A stretch of DNA of 59,149 nt, filler included. It is 8 parts of 8 records of this genome, joined end to end, with 100 filler letters (N's around TTAATTAATTAA, not from the genome) between each part and the next. Parts side by side here need not be neighbours in the genome. Positions count along the whole stretch, not along the records: positions 32,063 to 48,029 come from SRR31147125_110857; positions 48,130 to 53,684 come from SRR31147125_110865; 6 more parts are not named here. The stretch is one strand, 5' to 3'. Position numbers and translations under genes: made by a program. Position 1 is the first letter of the stretch. Every line of letters starts with the position of its first letter. Below the pieces are notes generated by a model. It ran no database searches, was not told the origin of the DNA, and saw nothing but the letters and a program-made list of their open reading frames with translations. This document shows positions 41,541 through 50,920 of the stretch, one piece after another.

Positions 41541-42485
41541 ATGAAAAAGATCTCCCATGCACTGGTAGCGGGCAGCGGCCAGATGGGGCCGGGGATTGCG
41601 TTCACCCTCGCCTCCGTCGGCTGTGAAACAAGAATCTTCGCGCGAACACCGGAGAGCGTCGAGAAGGGGATGAGCGCCTTTTTTACACTGCTCGATGTAC
41701 TGGTTACGGAGGACTGTATCTCACCGCAGGATTCCACGCATATTCGATCCCTGGTATCAGGGACGGCCGATCTCGATATGGCGGCGGAAGCCGACCTGGT
41801 TGTCGAGTCGATCCCTGAGAGTCTCCAACTCAAACAGGATTTTTTTGCCACGGTGGAAAAACTGGCTCGGCCGGATGCGATCCTGACATCGAACACGTCG
41901 GGGTTGCCGGCAACCGCCATTGCGGAGAAGTTGGAGCACCCGGAACGCTTCGCGGTAACACACTTCTGGAATCCGCCGCATCTGATGCCGTTGGTCGAGG
42001 TGGTGAAGGGGGAGCGGACCTCAGTGGCGACGGTGGAGACCCTTGCCGATCTCTACGCCAGGGCCGGCAAAAAACCGGTGAAGGTGTGGAAGGACACGCC
42101 GGGTCAGCTGGGCAATCGGCTGTTCCAGGCCCTGCTCCGGGAGGCGGTGCATATCGTCGAGGAGGGGATCGCATCCGTGGAGGACGTCGATACCGCAGTG
42201 AAGAACGGACTCGGGCGCCGATTCCCGGTATATGGTCCGCTTGAGCACAACGATGTGGTCGGGCTCGACACGCTCCATGCAATCCAGAGTTACATCTGTA
42301 CGTCGTTGTGCAATGAACGAGAGCCGGCAAAACTCCTCGCGGATAAATTCGCAAACGGTGATCTTGGGGTGAAGTCGGGGCACGGATTCTACGACTGGAG
42401 CGAGCGTCGGAGCGATGAGGTTATCGAAAGGAGGGACCGCTTCCTCCTGGACTTGATGAAGATGGAGCGATCCACGGGAGCGTGA
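41541..42485 (+). CDS. 3-hydroxyacyl-CoA dehydrogenase family protein
   Basis: GSGQMG, VESIPE, SNTS, HFWNPP, GVKSGHGFY. Confidence 0.92.
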   Translation: MKKISHALVAGSGQMGPGIAFTLASVGCETRIFARTPESVEKGMSAFFTLLDVLVTEDCISPQDSTHIRSLVSGTADLDMAAEADLVVESIPESLQLKQDFFATVEKLARPDAILTSNTSGLPATAIAEKLEHPERFAVTHFWNPPHLMPLVEVVKGERTSVATVETLADLYARAGKKPVKVWKDTPGQLGNRLFQALLREAVHIVEEGIASVEDVDTAVKNGLGRRFPVYGPLEHNDVVGLDTLHAIQSYICTSLCNEREPAKLLADKFANGDLGVKSGHGFYDWSERRSDEVIERRDRFLLDLMKMERSTGA

Positions 42486-42567
42486 GTCGGTGAGTGACGC
42501 TGCGGACGTGGAGGATTACATTACAACTCAACAGGCTGGATATGCAGCCGGGTGAAAGGAGAGCATA

Positions 42568-43332
42568 ATGAAAATCGATTTGAAAGGCAGAACGGCGTTC
42601 GTAACGGGCGGCAACCTGGGAATCGGCCGCGGGGTTGCGCTGGCACTGGCAGAGTGTGGGGCGGATGTAGCGATCACCTACTATTCGCATAAGCAGGAGG
42701 GTGAGGAGACGGTCGGCATGATCGAGGAACTCGGCCAGAAGGCGTATGCGTTCCAGCTGGACGCTACCGACAGCGCGCAGGTGAATCGGGTGGTCGACCA
42801 GGTCGCCGACGCGCTCGGCGGGCATATCGATATCCTGATGAACAACGCCGGCTATATGGTCGGCCGCTGCAAGATCGCCGACATGAGCGACGAGCACTGG
42901 CACCGAGTTATGGACGTCAACGTGTCCAGTACCTTTTATGTAACCCGTGCGGTGATTCCCTTTATGAACAGCGGCTGGGGCCGCATCGTCAATATGGCGT
43001 CGCTGGCGGCGCGCAACGGCGGTGGACCGGGAGCGGCGGCGTATGCAGCCTCCAAGTCGGCGATTATCGCACTGACCATGGGGCTGGCCAAAGAACTCGC
43101 CGATCAGGGTATAACCGTCAACGGCGTAGCTCCCGGATTGATCCTGGAGACGCCGTTCCATGACAATTTCAATACCGATGCCGGAATCCAGGGGATGATC
43201 GATGCCACGCCTCTGAAACGCGGCGGCACGCCCGCAGACGTAGCCGGAGCGGTGATTTATTTTGTCTCCGAGCTGGGCTCTTTTGTGACGGGTGAAGTTA
43301 CCGAGATAAACGGCGGCCTCTATTTCGGTTAA
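42568..43332 (+). CDS. SDR oxidoreductase, resembling DEH (keto-deoxy-uronate) reductases
   Basis: TGGNLGIG, NNAG, SLAARNGGGPGAAAYAASK, TPFH. Confidence 0.85.
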   Translation: MKIDLKGRTAFVTGGNLGIGRGVALALAECGADVAITYYSHKQEGEETVGMIEELGQKAYAFQLDATDSAQVNRVVDQVADALGGHIDILMNNAGYMVGRCKIADMSDEHWHRVMDVNVSSTFYVTRAVIPFMNSGWGRIVNMASLAARNGGGPGAAAYAASKSAIIALTMGLAKELADQGITVNGVAPGLILETPFHDNFNTDAGIQGMIDATPLKRGGTPADVAGAVIYFVSELGSFVTGEVTEINGGLYFG

Positions 43333-43383
43333 TCCGGGGACAGTGGATCTGGATATGGGCAGACAGCGGGCAGAGGTGTACTG

Positions 43384-44214
43384 GTGAGCGTTTCGTTACC
43401 GGTCCTGTGCGGTTCGATGGCGGCCACCCCTTACCGGTTGGCGGTGGAGGTGCACAACGCCGCCTACCGTGAACTGGGGCTGGACTACACCTTCGTCTAT
43501 TTCGGCATAGACGACGCCGAGAAAGGGGTTGCGGCTGTCAGGGCGCTGGGGATCAGGGGGATGAATGTCTCCATGCCCTTTAAATCCGCAGTTATTCCCC
43601 ATCTTGACCAGCTTGACCCCGCTGCCGAGGCAATCGGTGCGGTCAATACCATTGACAACCACGATGGTATTCTAACCGGGTACAATACCGACTGGATCGG
43701 CGCGACCCGGTCGCTGTGTGAACAGGTCGAGCTGCAGGGCAAGCGGGTGGCCCTGCTCGGGGCCGGCGGAGCCGCCCGTGCCGTTGCCTATGGCTTGGCT
43801 AAGGAGGGGGCGCATACGACAGTCTTCAACCGATCAGCCGATAAAGCGGGAGCGCTCGCGGACGTGTTTGGTCTCGAGAGCGGCGGAGGGCTCAAGCAGT
43901 TTAACGGACGTGCCGGTTTCGATATCCTTGTCAACGCCACCGCTGTCGGTTTCCAGTCCGCACATGATACCCCGGTTGCCGCGCATACACTGCATGGGAA
44001 TATGCTGGTGATGGACGTGGTGTTCCTGCCTCCGCTAACCGCCCTGCTGAGGGATGCCGGAGCGATGGGGTGCCGGATAGTGCGAGGGGAGCGAATGCTG
44101 CTTCACCAGGCATGCGGGCAGGTCGAGCTGTATACCGGATGTCAGGCTCCGCTGGCGGTTATGGAACAGGTGCTCGAGAAGGAGATCCGCAAGATGGACA
44201 GGGGGAAAGGATAG
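43384..44214 (+). CDS. Shikimate dehydrogenase-family protein, non-canonical
   Basis: HNAAY, NVSMPFK, GAVNT, NTD, GAGGAARA, FNRS. Confidence 0.85.
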   Translation: MSVSLPVLCGSMAATPYRLAVEVHNAAYRELGLDYTFVYFGIDDAEKGVAAVRALGIRGMNVSMPFKSAVIPHLDQLDPAAEAIGAVNTIDNHDGILTGYNTDWIGATRSLCEQVELQGKRVALLGAGGAARAVAYGLAKEGAHTTVFNRSADKAGALADVFGLESGGGLKQFNGRAGFDILVNATAVGFQSAHDTPVAAHTLHGNMLVMDVVFLPPLTALLRDAGAMGCRIVRGERMLLHQACGQVELYTGCQAPLAVMEQVLEKEIRKMDRGKG

Positions 44215-44237
44215 GTGCTGGGGAGCGGCTCCTCGTC

Positions 44238-44675
44238 TCAGTCGTTCTCCACCCATTTGAGAATATGTTTGGCGACCGTGACTAACGTACCGTGCTGATT
44301 GGTAATTTCGACATTGGACTGGGACCGGTTTCTGTCCCGGTCAACCGATTCGATTTCATAGTGTACGGTAATGGTATCGTTGATGAAGACCGGCTTGAGG
44401 AAACGGATGCGGTCGTAGCCGAGCGACACCGGCGTCAGGTTCCGGTCTTCGGCCGGATATTTCTGCAGGATCATCGTCGATGCCGTCGACATGTAGCCGA
44501 TCAACAGGGAACCGTGGGCGATGCGCCGACCGTACGCCGTTTGTTTCATGAATTCGCGGTCGACATGATTGGGGGACAGATCGCCGGTGATGCCGGCAAA
44601 CAGGTAGATGTCGCTTTCGCCGACTGTTTTGGAAAAAGTGACGGTGCAGCCGATAGCAAGGGGTTGAGGTTTCAT
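44238..44675 (-). CDS. MaoC-like (R)-hydratase/dehydratase
   Basis: FAGITGDLSPNH, IAHG, RFLKPVF. Confidence 0.9.
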   Translation of the reverse strand: MKPQPLAIGCTVTFSKTVGESDIYLFAGITGDLSPNHVDREFMKQTAYGRRIAHGSLLIGYMSTASTMILQKYPAEDRNLTPVSLGYDRIRFLKPVFINDTITVHYEIESVDRDRNRSQSNVEITNQHGTLVTVAKHILKWVEND

Positions 44676-44895
44676 CGCGTATCCGTGTTGTTGAGGGCGT
44701 GGTCTTCAGAAGTCCTGACTTCCGGATCAGATTCCTGATCTCGGGTGCGTTGTATGGGGTACATGAAACCAGTGTAGTGAAATACGTGCTTGCTGGCAAT
44801 TATTTTCCACGCAGGCGCAGCAGCGCCTGTCAAGCGCGAATGTAAACAGGGCGTTCGATTCGAAAAGATAACCATACGGGAGGGTGCGAAGAAAG

Positions 44896-44953
44896 GGGGT
44901 ATAACCCTTGACAAAGAACGCGGGATCTCGGTAGGGTTTCCTGGTAATACCTG
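44896..44953 (+). promoter_or_regulatory. TRAP operon promoter with FadR-type boxes
   Basis: TTGACA-N18-TAGGGT flanked by GGGTATAACCC and CTGGTAATACCTG. Confidence 0.45.
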
Positions 44954-45059
44954 CTGTTTTTATTGAGACTATGAGGGATTTAATGAGTCGGTATCCTCCG
45001 CTTTATCGTGAAGCGGAGTGGTAGAAGTCAAGCTGGAAAATTAAAAGAGGAGAGACGTT

Positions 45060-46061
45060 ATGAAAACGAAGTTATTGCGTGCAGTCGTTGTAGCCTTTTT
45101 TGCCAGTTTTATGATGCTTTCGTCAGCACAGGCCGCGGATTTCACCTTCCACGGCGCGAGCCAGTTCGATGAAGAACACGCGTTCACCAGGTTGATGCGG
45201 AAATTCGAAGAGCTGGTGAAGCTCTACTACACCGGTGACAAATCCATTGAATTTGTCATGCACCTCAACAGCGAACTTGGACTCGAGAAAGATTATGTTG
45301 CCTATATGAACCAGGGGATTTCGGTTGATTACGCGATTGCTTCACCATCTCACATGTCCACGTTCTCCAAGATGGCATCGTTGATGGATCCACCGATGCT
45401 TTATCAGAATCACATCCATTGGTCCAAGGTCCTGGGCGGTGATGCCCTGCAACCGATTGTTGATGATATCCTGAAAAGGGCCGATATCCGTATTATCGGT
45501 TACGGCGGTGGCGGTACCCGTATGCTGATCGTCAATAAGCCGGTTGAAACCATGGCAGATGTGAAGGACTTGCCGATCCGTGTCATGGGCGCTCCGATTC
45601 AGACCAAAATGTTCAACGCGTTCGGCATGGCTCCAACGGTCATCGCTTATGCAGAGGTTTACAATGCAATTCAGACCGGCGTTATCGATGCGGCTGAAAA
45701 CGAAGCGGCTGGAATCCAGCAGATGAAATTCTACGAGGTCGGCCCGAACATCGCACTGACGGCTCATGCCATTACCGTCAGGCCGCTCTGTTTCTCGAAC
45801 AAAACCTTTGAGAAACTTCCCGCCGATCTGCAATCGGCAATTCTCCAGGCTGGTAAGGATGCCGGCGCCTATGGTCGTATCCTTGAGTCGTCAGAAGACC
45901 AGATGAAGATGGCGCAGATGGAGGAAGAGGGCAAGCTGAAAACGGTATATTTCAAGGATCGTGCAAAGCTGGTTGAAGCCGCCGGTCCGGTCCTCCAGGA
46001 ATACTTCAAGGATCAGGGTGTGCCCGAGTTGTATCAGCAGATTCAGGACGTTGCTAAATAA
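45060..46061 (+). CDS. dctP: TRAP substrate-binding protein
   Basis: Signal peptide; PIRV conserved Arg; EVYNAIQTGVIDAAEN; KFYEV. Confidence 0.92.
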   Translation: MKTKLLRAVVVAFFASFMMLSSAQAADFTFHGASQFDEEHAFTRLMRKFEELVKLYYTGDKSIEFVMHLNSELGLEKDYVAYMNQGISVDYAIASPSHMSTFSKMASLMDPPMLYQNHIHWSKVLGGDALQPIVDDILKRADIRIIGYGGGGTRMLIVNKPVETMADVKDLPIRVMGAPIQTKMFNAFGMAPTVIAYAEVYNAIQTGVIDAAENEAAGIQQMKFYEVGPNIALTAHAITVRPLCFSNKTFEKLPADLQSAILQAGKDAGAYGRILESSEDQMKMAQMEEEGKLKTVYFKDRAKLVEAAGPVLQEYFKDQGVPELYQQIQDVAK

Positions 46062-46111
46062 CCGATTGAAAGTGTTTATAAAGAAGTACTGAACTGCTCG
46101 CTGGAGATACT

Positions 46112-46144
46112 CGAAAGCCGGGATTTGTTGGTTCCCGGCTTTCG
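46112..46144. other. Intercistronic stem-loop
   Basis: CGAAAGCCGGGA...TCCCGGCTTTCG. Confidence 0.7.
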
Positions 46145-46201
46145 TTTATCGGGCAGAGGTTCTTGAATGTTTTGATGCATACGCATCCGGGTTGAGATGA
46201 C

Positions 46202-46681
46202 ATGAGAAAAATATTGAATGGGTACTACCGGTTTCTTCAGGTTGCACTGGCAGTGCTGATGGGACTGCTCCTCATACCGGTGACGCTGCAGATCGTTGCA
46301 CGTTACATCGGGATTATTCCCCGTTACATCTGGACCGAGGAGATGGCACGCTTCTGTTTTATCTGGATCATTCTGGTGGGATCGATGATAGCGGTAAAGG
46401 ATTCGACACATTTTACCGTTGATCTGCTCCCGAAGCCGTTGACGAACAAGGGAAAGGCAATAGGAAGAATGTTTGCCGATTTCTGGATATTGGTAATGGC
46501 CCTTGTTTTCATCATATGGGGCTGGCCCCTGGTGAAATTCGGCCTGCTCCAGACCTCTGAAATGGCTGAGTTACCGATGGTTCTGATCTATGGTGCCTGG
46601 CCTCTGGCCGGGTTTACCTGGATTCTGTTCCTGATCGAGAAGTTTGTCGATAACATCCAATTGTGGCGGAGTGATAACTGA
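46202..46681 (+). CDS. dctQ: TRAP small permease
   Basis: WTEEMARF, HFTVD, four TM helices. Confidence 0.9.
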   Translation: MRKILNGYYRFLQVALAVLMGLLLIPVTLQIVARYIGIIPRYIWTEEMARFCFIWIILVGSMIAVKDSTHFTVDLLPKPLTNKGKAIGRMFADFWILVMALVFIIWGWPLVKFGLLQTSEMAELPMVLIYGAWPLAGFTWILFLIEKFVDNIQLWRSDN

Positions 46682-47981
46682 TGGCACCGGGTCAAGTAGC
46701 AGCAATCCTTTTTTTCGTTTTCGGAGTTCTCGTGATTCTGCGTGTACCGGTGGCCTTTGCCCTGGGACTTGCATGCGTGCCTGTTTTCCTGATGGATGAC
46801 CGGCTGACTCCGTTTCTTCTGATGAACGAGATGTTCAAATCCTACAATGCTTTTGTTCTGCTGGCGGTTCCGTTTTTCCTGATGGCCGCCAATATCATGA
46901 ACTCTGCGGGCATAACAGACCGTCTGGTAAAGCTGGCACGGGCTCTGGTCGGTCACCTGCCTGGAGGACTGGGGCACATCAATGTCGTAGTGAGTATGCT
47001 TTTTGCCGGAATATCCGGATCTTCCACGGCCGATGCGGCCGGGATCGGGTCGCTTTTGATTCCCCAGATGAAAAAGCAGGGTTTTTCCCCACCTTTTCTG
47101 TGGCGGTAACAGCCTGCTCGTCGGTTATGGGGGTGATTATTCCACCGAGTATCCTGATGGTCGTCTGGGGCGGGCTGATGACGGTATCAATCGGCGGACT
47201 GTTCCTCGCCGGAGTTATTCCCGGCATGCTGGTCGCTCTGTCCCAGATGCTTACGGTCTATGTCTATGCCAAGATTTACAATTATCCGATATATGCGCGG
47301 TCCACTCTGAAAGAGGCGGTCATCGCAATTCTCCAGGCTACCCTGCCGATGATGACCCCGGCGATCATCGTCGGAGGAATCGTGGCCGGATTTTTCACCC
47401 CGACCGAGGCATCGGTCGTGGCAGTGATTTACTCATTTTTCCTTGGCCTGGTTATCTATCACACGATCAGGATAAGGGAAATTCCGAAAATTCTCTACGA
47501 ATCGGCCCGCTTTGCGGCAATATCACTTTTTTGCGTCGGTACTGCATCGGCTTTCGGGTGGTTGCTGGCTTATTACAAGATCCCGCTTGCCCTGGTCGAG
47601 TTTCTCAAACAGTTTGGCGCGGGACCGATCAGCACCGGTATGTTGGTAGCCTGTGCGTTTCTGTTCATTGGCATGTTCATTGATGCAATTCCGGCTATTA
47701 TCATTCTCGGAACCGTTCTGTGGCCGATGGCAGAATTTGCCGGTCTGCACCCGATCCATTTCGCTATCATCGGCGTCATCTCGCTCGCGTTCGGTCTGGT
47801 AACGCCACCGTACGGCCTCTGTCTGCTGATAAGCTGTGCGATCGGGGAGGTCGACCTGAAAAGTGCGCTCAGGGATGTCGGCATTATTTTACTACCGATG
47901 CTTGGGGTGCTGATGATTGTCATCTTATTCCCCGATCTGATCATGGCACTGCCGCGCTGGCTGATGCCGAAATTTGTATAA
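46681..47981 (+). CDS. dctM: TRAP large permease, with a 1-nt deletion near 47088
   Basis: LLAVPFF, GISGSSTAD; after the shift IIPPSI, TPTEA, TPPYG. Confidence 0.9.
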
Positions 47982-48129
47982 ATTCAAAACGGGATGAAGG
48001 TGCGTGTGTCCCTGCCCGCATAGTGGACGNNNNNNNNNNNNNNNNNNNNNNNNNNNNNNNNNNNNNNNNNNNNTTAATTAATTAANNNNNNNNNNNNNNN
48101 NNNNNNNNNNNNNNNNNNNNNNNNNNNNN

Positions 48130-48403
48130 CCTCAAAAGAGTCACCGTTATGTTCTGAGCACTGAGGACAGAGCCATTCAGTTTCTGAATGCTCGCGTTTT
48201 GCCAGGGCATCCACTATGGACTCAGCCCTCGCTAGCTGAGCCTCATCCACCCACAGCTCAGGCCAGGCATCAAATGCCGAAAGCTCCCCCACGGCCCCTT
48301 GGGCAAATTCATTTTTCAGGAAAGTCTCTATGCCCTCGGCCTGCAGCAAGTTCTGCACATTGTGCACCACAAAGCGGTTCTCATGGCTGAAGATCTTTTT
48401 CAT
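48130..48403 (-). CDS. DUF2007-like protein with C-terminal Zn finger (3'-truncated)
   Basis: NLLQAEGI...GEL...WPELWV and WLCPQCSEHNGDSFE. Confidence 0.75.
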
Positions 48404-48996
48404 TTGGAAGCCCCTCTTTTTCGCCATACCAATAGAAAGTTATTGGCTGGCATGGCAATGCGCTCGATTAAGTCTAGCCCTTCGCCCCAGCTTTGTAGCT
48501 CGGCCAGATCACGCAAGCCACCAAATCCTCGCTGCTTTAAAGAGGCATCAAAATCCGCGTTGCTTTGGGTGGTACATTGGCCATGGACCCTAAACGGCCC
48601 ATACTGACAAAAAAGCCCTAAAGGCGGCAGGTGCTCGGCCACCAGCCTCATCATCTTCTGAGCCATTTCAGGTGCCATGATGTGGGTGGTGTTGGCCGTG
48701 AAGACGGCATCCACCTCAGTGAGCGGCCAATCATGGACACCTACCTCAAATTCAATCGGCAGCTTTAGATTGTCGCATTGAGCCTGATGAATCCAATACT
48801 CGATACAGTCGTGGTTCACCGCCAGATCACTGGTCTGCCAAATTAAGTGAGGCAAAGCCGGAACAAAATGAGCACCATGCTGGCCGGTGCCAGAGCCTAT
48901 TTCAAAGACAAGGGCGCTCTGCCCAAGCAGACGACTCAGCTGCTCTAAGATAGGCCCTTTATTATTTTCACACGCTCGGCTAACGGCTTTTTTCAT
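48400..48996 (-). CDS. DUF938 SAM-dependent methyltransferase-like protein
   Basis: ACENNKGPI, EIGSGTGQH, WQTSD, YGPF, SNADFD, MPANN. Confidence 0.9.
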   Translation of the reverse strand: MKKAVSRACENNKGPILEQLSRLLGQSALVFEIGSGTGQHGAHFVPALPHLIWQTSDLAVNHDCIEYWIHQAQCDNLKLPIEFEVGVHDWPLTEVDAVFTANTTHIMAPEMAQKMMRLVAEHLPPLGLFCQYGPFRVHGQCTTQSNADFDASLKQRGFGGLRDLAELQSWGEGLDLIERIAMPANNFLLVWRKRGASK

Positions 48997-49011
48997 AAGC
49001 AATAAGGAACA

Positions 49012-49485
49012 TTAAGGCTTAGCGCCTAACTGGAAACTGCCATTGGAGAAAAACTGCACCACCTGTTTGCGCTTTTTGCCAATGAGCAGAGCGCCATCAT
49101 CCATAAACAAAAAATTCTTCCAGCAGCGTTTAAACACAGCCCAGGTGGTTTCAATCACGCTCTGTTGGTCATTGCAGTAATAAACCACGGTTTGATCATC
49201 CCACTCCAGGTGCTCAAGAATGAGCTCCGGCAGAAGTTCGGCTTCACTTTCCCAAACCGACTCCCACTCACCTTGCTCTTGCCAGGTTGAGATGGCAAAG
49301 GGCCAATCGCCTTTGCGGAAGAAATCGGGGTGATCCACTTGGGAGCTAATGGCCGACTTCCAAAGCGTAATCGCTCTTTGCTCTGTCATGGGTTTAATTA
49401 AAGCCGCATCGGCTTCTGAGATGGGCAAGTCCTGACGCCTGAAGATCCAGGCCTTTTTAAACTCCGCCAAAGGGATGTAGTTCAT
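49012..49485 (-). CDS. DUF2947-like protein
   Basis: WIF...IKPM...IETTWAVFKRCWKNFLFMDDG. Confidence 0.75.
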   Translation of the reverse strand: MNYIPLAEFKKAWIFRRQDLPISEADAALIKPMTEQRAITLWKSAISSQVDHPDFFRKGDWPFAISTWQEQGEWESVWESEAELLPELILEHLEWDDQTVVYYCNDQQSVIETTWAVFKRCWKNFLFMDDGALLIGKKRKQVVQFFSNGSFQLGAKP

Positions 49486-49555
49486 TGTGATTCCGGTTAA
49501 CAAAAGCGCCCGGCTAGTATATCCGCTATTTATGGGAAGATCTTTGATTCGCTCA

Positions 49556-49825
49556 GAAACAACAAAGCCCCAACAGGGAGTCGGGGCTTTTGACAAACTC
49601 TGCACATCCTTGTGCGCTCTTGCCTTCCTCTGCACTTTTGCTGGCGCACTCCTTGCGCCACTTTCAACATCCCTATTTGCAAAGCATCCTTTCCTGTCGC
49701 TCAGTCCCTTTGGGGCCTCCTGCCCGCCGGCTCCGTTTCAGGTGCCCACCTGGCACAATAACGTCTCCTTTGGCTTCCCTTCAGACCTTCCTGGCCTTAA
49801 TCCCTTATCAGCTCCCTGCTGACAT
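49556..49825 (-). ncRNA. CsrB/RsmB-type CsrA-sequestering sRNA
   Basis: 14 GGA motifs, many in hairpin loops; terminal hairpin AAAGCCCC...GGGGCTTT; upstream TTGTCT-N16-TAAACT. Confidence 0.85.
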
Positions 49826-49927
49826 CATTTAGTTTATGCCGAATGGCTAAGGAGACAATTGGTTAGGAGCGACTAAAAGGCTGACTTGGACCTGAACAAA
49901 GTAGAGGTTTAGAAATAAAAAAATATA

Positions 49928-49990
49928 AATCAGTCCGTTATAAACAGACCTTAAGATTTTTCTACCTTTACCTAGTCGCTATTTCCTACA
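49928..49990 (-). promoter_or_regulatory. IHF-like site and two UvrY/GacA-like boxes
   Basis: AATCAGTCCGTTA; minus strand TGTAGGAAATAGCGACTA and GGTAGAAAAATCTTAAG. Confidence 0.5.
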
Positions 49991-50007
49991 GGTTTATGGG
50001 CGTTCGC

Positions 50008-50553
50008 TTACAAAGCGTCGGGCTCATTATCCGCATAGCCACTGCCGATGGCACTAAAGGGCAGCTTTAAACCTAGTGCCGGCACTTGCAGTGCTAACCA
50101 AGCAGGAAAAGTATTGCTATTGGGGCCGGGAAAGAGTGTGTACTCATTCGCCCAGGGATAGCGTTTGACTGCACTTTGAATTTGTTCAATCAAGTTGTTC
50201 GCCTCGGGGCCTTGAATGGACAGCAACTTCTCAGGCTTGGCGCCATACCAGTAGCGATCAGGAGTCGCCGTTTGGTACTCAGTGAGTGCAGGTAAACCGC
50301 GTTTTAAGCGCCACCCCACCACTTCATAGACAGTGTATTGATCAGCTTGCTCAGGCTTTATCGCCACCCAGGTATGGACAGCAAACCAGCCTCGCCAGCT
50401 AAAAGCATCTGCCGCATATACTTCAATAACGGCCTGAGGATAGAGCTCGGGCTGCGGGGCAATGCCAGCAGGCTCCCGACTGGCCGTGCGCCAATCGCTG
50501 TGGCTACAGCCCGCCAGAAAAAGAGTAAGCAGTAACAGTAGGCGTTGCATCAA
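50008..50553 (-). CDS. DUF3750 lipoprotein
   Basis: LAGC lipobox; WRGWFAVHTW, YEVVGW, PGPNSNTF. Confidence 0.85.
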   Translation of the reverse strand: MMQRLLLLLTLFLAGCSHSDWRTASREPAGIAPQPELYPQAVIEVYAADAFSWRGWFAVHTWVAIKPEQADQYTVYEVVGWRLKRGLPALTEYQTATPDRYWYGAKPEKLLSIQGPEANNLIEQIQSAVKRYPWANEYTLFPGPNSNTFPAWLALQVPALGLKLPFSAIGSGYADNEPDAL

Positions 50554-50672
50554 ATCCCCCCAACAACTTTATTCTCTCTATTGTATGCATAGCTTAGCGT
50601 TAAGATCACCCGCTCGAAGAATCGCGCAAAGGCGTCTAACCTAAAGAGGTCGATTTTCTGCGGGAGAGCTAT

Positions 50673-50903
50673 ATGGAATCCCCCACACACACCTTAAATA
50701 CCTTGTTTGACCAACTAGGGCTGGAGAGTTCAGATCAAGCGATTTTTGAGTTTCAGGCCAAGCACCGTCCACTGGCGAGAGAGCTTGAGTTGCATCAAGC
50801 ACATTTCTGGAGCCCTGCCCAATCCGCGTTGCTGATAGAGATGAAAGAGAGTGATGCAGACTGGGCAGAGCTGGTGGATCAGCTCGATGCTAGTTTGCGA
50901 TAA
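50673..50903 (+). CDS. DUF2789 protein
   Basis: LFDQLGL...FWSPAQ...DADWAELVDQL. Confidence 0.85.
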   Translation: MESPTHTLNTLFDQLGLESSDQAIFEFQAKHRPLARELELHQAHFWSPAQSALLIEMKESDADWAELVDQLDASLR

Positions 50904-50920
50904 CTGCCGGAGCACTCTCT

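Noticed and set aside
49487-49832. ORFs 49487-49822 and 49590-49832, and the N-terminal extension of 49012-49635
   Set aside because: Better explained by the CsrB-like RNA on the minus strand
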